A stretch of 64,000 nucleotides of DNA from a virus (lineage: Duplodnaviria > Caudoviricetes). Location of the stretch: IMG/VR virus record IMGVR_UViG_3300025450_001231; one strand, written 5' to 3'. The notes under the pieces are model-generated. The model was not told the origin of the DNA. It did no database searches and worked only from the letters and a program-made list of their open reading frames with translations. Positions 61,601-64,000 of the stretch are shown piece by piece (within the stretch, counting starts at the first letter, position 1; every line of letters begins with the position of its first letter). Position numbers and translations under genes: made by a program.

Positions 61601-63998
61601 TATAAGAAATAACATCACTGGGCTCATTAAAACGTAAACTTACCAATTTATGTAGGCCATCTGACTCTGTGGTTCCACTAAAGCCAGTTAGATCTCCGTT
61701 GTACTTAACTACAAAACTTGTCAGTGATTCTACTCTTTCAATTTTATAAAATCCGTCAAATTGACTGCTGTTGGATACTAAAACTGTGTCGTTTTCTTTG
61801 AGTCCGTGATAGCCGTCAGTTTTCATTAGTACACGGCCATTTAGTGCATTGGTAATTTTAACTACATTTGTGGTAGACTCATTTACTCTATATACATTCC
61901 AATCTTTGGTATAATCAACCGCACACCATATAATATTACCTGCACCAATTTCTTCTACTTTTCCGCTTAGTGTAGAAGTGTCTGTTAAATCAAATATTGT
62001 GTAATCTACATCATCTAAATTAACAAATCCAGCAGTTTGAATATCATTTGTATAATCGCTATCTGTGGTTCTTGTCAAGAAGAACGGACTTGTCCATACT
62101 TTATCAGTGGCAGAAGTTTTATGTACTCCTGTTCCACTGGTGTATAAATTTGCATATACCACTGTTGCATTATCAACAACCTGTAAACTTGTGGGATTGT
62201 TTAATGTATAGTTTTCGTCTAATACTATCTCAACATACTGATTGGTTTCTAAACTACCATAACTGCCCAATCTAAATGCCCATTCTTCATTGACTGCAAT
62301 ACTGTTGGATTCTTGTGAATTGAAACTTACATCAGCCAATGCGTTAATGGCATTGTGTGTGCCTTTTTCTTTAATAAATCCTTGATAGAATTTTACTTGA
62401 GTAGTATCATCTAAACCTAGTTCTGTCAAGTAACTGCGATTTCTATAGCCTATTAATCCCAATGCATATTGTGCAAAATCACTTTGCAGATTTACGTGGT
62501 CGGTATCATAAAAATGACGACCCATACTTGCATTTGTGGCAAAGTTATTCATTAGTCCGGTATTCATACGATTCTTATCGTATGGTAACCAGTCTGCAAA
62601 AGTAAATGTTGATGTGGCAGGAATATCCTTACTAGCGGTATAATAGAAATTCTTGTACTGTACAAGATCGCCTTTAAGGTAATCGTTTCCAGCAGCCCAA
62701 AGTTGCACAACATCATTGTTGTATACAAATCCCTGCGGATTTAATATTCCAGTCCAACCATTGGTTTTACTGCCGACTAATTTTAATCTAAACTGTCGTT
62801 GGCCTAACGCAGGATCATATATCAAATCATTGAACTGTGTTTTATTGTTTAATATAATTGCGTGCTCGTATTGAACAACACTCAAGTCTAAAAATGCTAT
62901 CATATCAGCACTCTTAGAATTAGTAGCCAAAACAAACAAGTTATCATCTCTGACAACCTTATAAGAGTCTGGATCTAAAGTAATGAAATTTTGATTCATT
63001 ATCTTGTTGCCGTAAAAACTATTAGAGATTTTATCAACTACTCCATCTGCACGACCAAACTCAACTCTATCTGCAAATGGACTTAATACTATTAAACTAC
63101 CCACTGCCCAGTTTTGTTGCACCCAGAATAATAATTCATTTACACTTAGTGCCCAATTTCTAATTTGCTCGAGGTCTGTGTCAAAGTAATTGAATCTAAA
63201 TCCCTGCAATGTTAAAAATTGTTCGTAACCTGATAAGAATCCTACCAACTGTTGAACAGTGGAAAATGTTGTGCCGTATGGTACTGCTATTTTGTAGTTG
63301 GTGAATTCAGTGTAGTAAGCAGCTGATTCTTTTAGTACTGATATTTCATAACTGTTGCCAGTTGTATTAGGTATAACAACAGTAAAATAAGGATTGAATG
63401 TGTCATACCCCGTGACTTTGAATCCGTCTGATGTTTTTTCAACACTAACTGCACTATATCTAGGATTGCCTATAGGAGTAGATTTGTTCAATACTAAAGA
63501 ATAATCTTCTTCAGGAATAATAACACTATCACTAATTGAATTAGGACTATTTTGTTCTGCTAGTATTTTTAGGAATTGTTTTCCGCTAAATCCTGCCATT
63601 CTGTAGCTCAATTGTACAGTATAATTTTGTGCATATCGTTGCAAAGTGGCAGACGACAGTATGCCTAAATGTGTTTGATAATCTGCAATCCAATTTAGAT
63701 ATCCTGCAGCACGAGTAACATTGCCTGACAAATCTGTGTAGCCATTTATGTCAATATCAGCAGGAGTCAATCTAAAGTTTGTTGTGTCTAATAAGAACTG
63801 ACCCAAGTCATAATTATATCTGCATTTGTGTACTGCAACACCTAGTCCAAAATATTTTGCAGGGCTGGTTAATGCCAAAGCTATTTGCACATCATAAGCA
63901 TATTCGCTGCTGTTTCTCCAAGCAGTTTCTACTGGGCTATACTGTCCTACTTGCCAGTTTTGTACAAAATGGTCAGTTATTGTGTCATTTGTTAGCAG
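55686..63998 (-). CDS. Giant baseplate/tail structural protein (>2770 aa), 5'-truncated by the window edge
   Basis: The frame stays open to 63998. About seven FG-GAP-like blades (FGTSV...VGAPG), an IEVIDGGKDY..PP.ITITG repeat type and GFD motifs; sits within the tail module. Confidence 0.8.
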   Translation of the reverse strand: MLTNDTITDHFVQNWQVGQYSPVETAWRNSSEYAYDVQIALALTSPAKYFGLGVAVHKCRYNYDLGQFLLDTTNFRLTPADIDINGYTDLSGNVTRAAGYLNWIADYQTHLGILSSATLQRYAQNYTVQLSYRMAGFSGKQFLKILAEQNSPNSISDSVIIPEEDYSLVLNKSTPIGNPRYSAVSVEKTSDGFKVTGYDTFNPYFTVVIPNTTGNSYEISVLKESAAYYTEFTNYKIAVPYGTTFSTVQQLVGFLSGYEQFLTLQGFRFNYFDTDLEQIRNWALSVNELLFWVQQNWAVGSLIVLSPFADRVEFGRADGVVDKISNSFYGNKIMNQNFITLDPDSYKVVRDDNLFVLATNSKSADMIAFLDLSVVQYEHAIILNNKTQFNDLIYDPALGQRQFRLKLVGSKTNGWTGILNPQGFVYNNDVVQLWAAGNDYLKGDLVQYKNFYYTASKDIPATSTFTFADWLPYDKNRMNTGLMNNFATNASMGRHFYDTDHVNLQSDFAQYALGLIGYRNRSYLTELGLDDTTQVKFYQGFIKEKGTHNAINALADVSFNSQESNSIAVNEEWAFRLGSYGSLETNQYVEIVLDENYTLNNPTSLQVVDNATVVYANLYTSGTGVHKTSATDKVWTSPFFLTRTTDSDYTNDIQTAGFVNLDDVDYTIFDLTDTSTLSGKVEEIGAGNIIWCAVDYTKDWNVYRVNESTTNVVKITNALNGRVLMKTDGYHGLKENDTVLVSNSSQFDGFYKIERVESLTSFVVKYNGDLTGFSGTTESDGLHKLVSLRFNEPSDVISYTPVNGWTANSKVWINDNTANNNWAVYNKTDPWQPILSFATESPYAGANFGTSVKLSADNKLAIVGAPGYANGTGALVEYLYAYSTTTGKLAENSTIIGSAQNTAGMGTSLALGSNHIVTGAPGSSDGSGYVYVYTKNFLGVITQQQILGPTTTNSSEFGTSVAISEDAHWMYVGAPGEKAVYAYQWFSNLTSSSQTFSATTGSDTQYMITDFTIAGPEFLTATVITSLESYTLVYGTGFTVSGTTLTFVNPVPAGTLIVRQQPGYQLKDKIFYNNGDNNFGYSIATTTDGRQIAVGAPTDNGEAGSVSIYDRTVEQFLGNGIETKFSSPRELVYTDRVYVNDILQTYGTDYTIYSVSGYPTHHSEFEFTVAPPQNSIVTIETNQFKLLKRFSNPAGTKAQLGFSVDIDATDSTVYAGAPHANTNRYYAGQVYRYVNQARVYGTITGKVQNPTVTPGNSIRINDFEIIFIYSDLDSTVTAINNHFIPGLSAANVNGYLQLTTTATADSNKIRILPGMGNSIQDLGLDVFVQVEIINNPTNNAYDLFGQNVKINPSNNVLAVSSTAAITSEVTIFDTDHIATTFDSGSMVFVDEVISGGVWMFSYLANSKNDIADPGVFAFVQQINPYSSGINPSLQPYVNFGSAIDFNSTEMIIGSNFDNTYGTAAGRIYQFSNPAGLLGWDVYTAEEPEVDINSIVKAFVYSDKSQTITHTLDYIDPAKGKILGIAEQDISYKVAHDPGVYNHGTNGTVTLDSAFHWDSNEVGKVWWDLSTVRFLNYEQGSIQYRTTNWGGTFPGSSIDVYEWVESMYPPSQYVATGGDGTPKYPDNSAYSTVNYVDPETNQTIVKYYYWVKDKSTVDVKLKNRTAPVSAIASYIKDPKNSGVEYFAAIRNDSIAIYNLAGTATGKDTILHIDYSTRTDADNIIHSEFVLLSETNSRADDIPTAIYNKLVDSVSGIDAFGNQVPDPLLPVQTRYGIGIRPRQSMFIDKNQAVHEMVDYINSILIKNTISKGFNLANLSAGEPIPNVGLGLYNTSVPNLETLGYVDIAIYPAGYTVLVENDSSANNHWTIYTKRRNNTWQLTRTQTYNTADYWEFVDWYATGFDRSTKPTYTIGQPADLSTLSLVTGDIVKILNNGQGQWSLIQVFPNVVLPIGLQNGTIQLTSNLYDLEGNGMGFDNDNFDTRGFDQNPSIEIRNIFTALRDDIFINTMDSDFVSMFFSLIYYALKEQKSVDWVFKTSFVNVLHTIRNLNQTPIYRNENQDYYQQYIEEVKPYHTTIREYTLDYTAIDNVMGYVTDYDLPAYYDTVFQKYRSPSGEFGQDINQLQNNLTYQDWITSYTYSVGSIEVIDGGKDYPTPPIITITGSAIGDDATAIPIMHNGSIVSIVVTYPGSHYTTQPIIGINTSIFGGGGFGTSGSGPAVTEARLLAHLVNNTTRKLKATLVYDRINYGAAPLTGTRLTADNINVKAGNKTITADATQLVTPGVRALTITADNYNTVALPLDTTLSEFDLTTDVGFFADSASLTTDQNYIIEKITAPANDRIRAFYQPTLGMPGLDYSLLQSGIDYPGVIVEGPLYTDNGGFGQGGFDISSFDGLILNPDGTVSISDSLLDSVIESKYTDSSLGYRPDDVIVDGGGYVDTYSSHAPEELIPGRVYDTLDMRISTIASNGDGIATSFVITSIIINDPGLGYGNVRVLLENTYTANLTADDTRILFPFGGNTITSDETDLSSDEISTTTVITNNATATFDGNGSIISITPDDPTVIYHTAPTVVILGANTSPANATVVMTAASFVTFDYRIFKSMNDEYQYLRIPKTNSTANLTADLGLLDTVIQVDDVTRLPIPSVGSQGLRPGVVFINGERITYWTVDNSTNTLSNIRRATAGTGANVHLAGSRMIDGSVFQVVPQSAHTSYTPVANNTVTTTAGKTYTLAEGHTYQQSKLWLNTNYGITPTDGTGLFESTQIQAEFIKDN

Positions 63999-64000
63999 TC

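Noticed and set aside
2156-62275. Many short ORFs antisense to or out of frame with long genes (e.g. 7194-7406, 49450-49821, 49861-50487, 53469-53669)
   Set aside because: These are shadow ORFs from codon bias and Gly/Pro repeats, with no SD, promoter or protein motif.
1-64000. Stop-codon reassignment (alternative genetic code)
   Set aside because: Core genes (polB, clpA, thyA) are full length in the standard code; TAA, TGA and TAG (40149-40151) all end genes at sensible boundaries.
1-64000. Eukaryotic giant virus or bacterial chromosome origin
   Set aside because: SD sequences, sigma70 and T4-late promoters, an endolysin/spanin cassette and tail fibre genes indicate a tailed phage.

Overview
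This 64 kb window is a gene-dense, AT-rich segment of a large T4-like (jumbo-type) tailed bacteriophage genome, read in the standard genetic code. I found no tRNA, rRNA, CRISPR array or integrase. Positions 1-46963 are almost all + strand. In order they carry: clamp-loader subunit, HAD nucleotidase, phoH (- strand), a lysis cassette (GH19 endolysin, spanin-like pair, 3TM-holin-like protein), DnaJ and ClpA, glycosyltransferases, a block of modular probable head-internal proteins, Dps, family-B DNA polymerase and a probable sliding clamp. Next comes an 11 kb 7-deazaguanine DNA-modification cluster (DpdA/TGT-like, FolE, QueD, QueE, a second QueD-like protein, two oxidoreductases, a GT-B glycosyltransferase, cupins, MazG-like; no QueC in the window), then an RNase H-type nuclease, 2OG-Fe(II) oxygenase, a MoxR/VWA pair, DHFR and ThyA. 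Positions 46960-64000 are a - strand tail/baseplate module: S53 protease, collagen-like fibres, a beta-helix depolymerase fibre, a fibre chaperone, and a >2700 aa structural protein cut by the window edge. Two promoter classes are visible: sigma70-type and T4-late-type (TA)TAAATA. The most interesting observations are (i) the expanded deazaguanine cluster with a preQ1-I-like pseudoknot leader on queD, (ii) cassette-built polyproteins whose modules are joined by [ILV]-X-E / QGVAEG linkers that are also DNA direct repeats, (iii) a structured RNA candidate after dps, and (iv) an FG-nucleoporin-like tail on the holin-like protein. All family assignments come from motif recognition by eye; no database searches were run.
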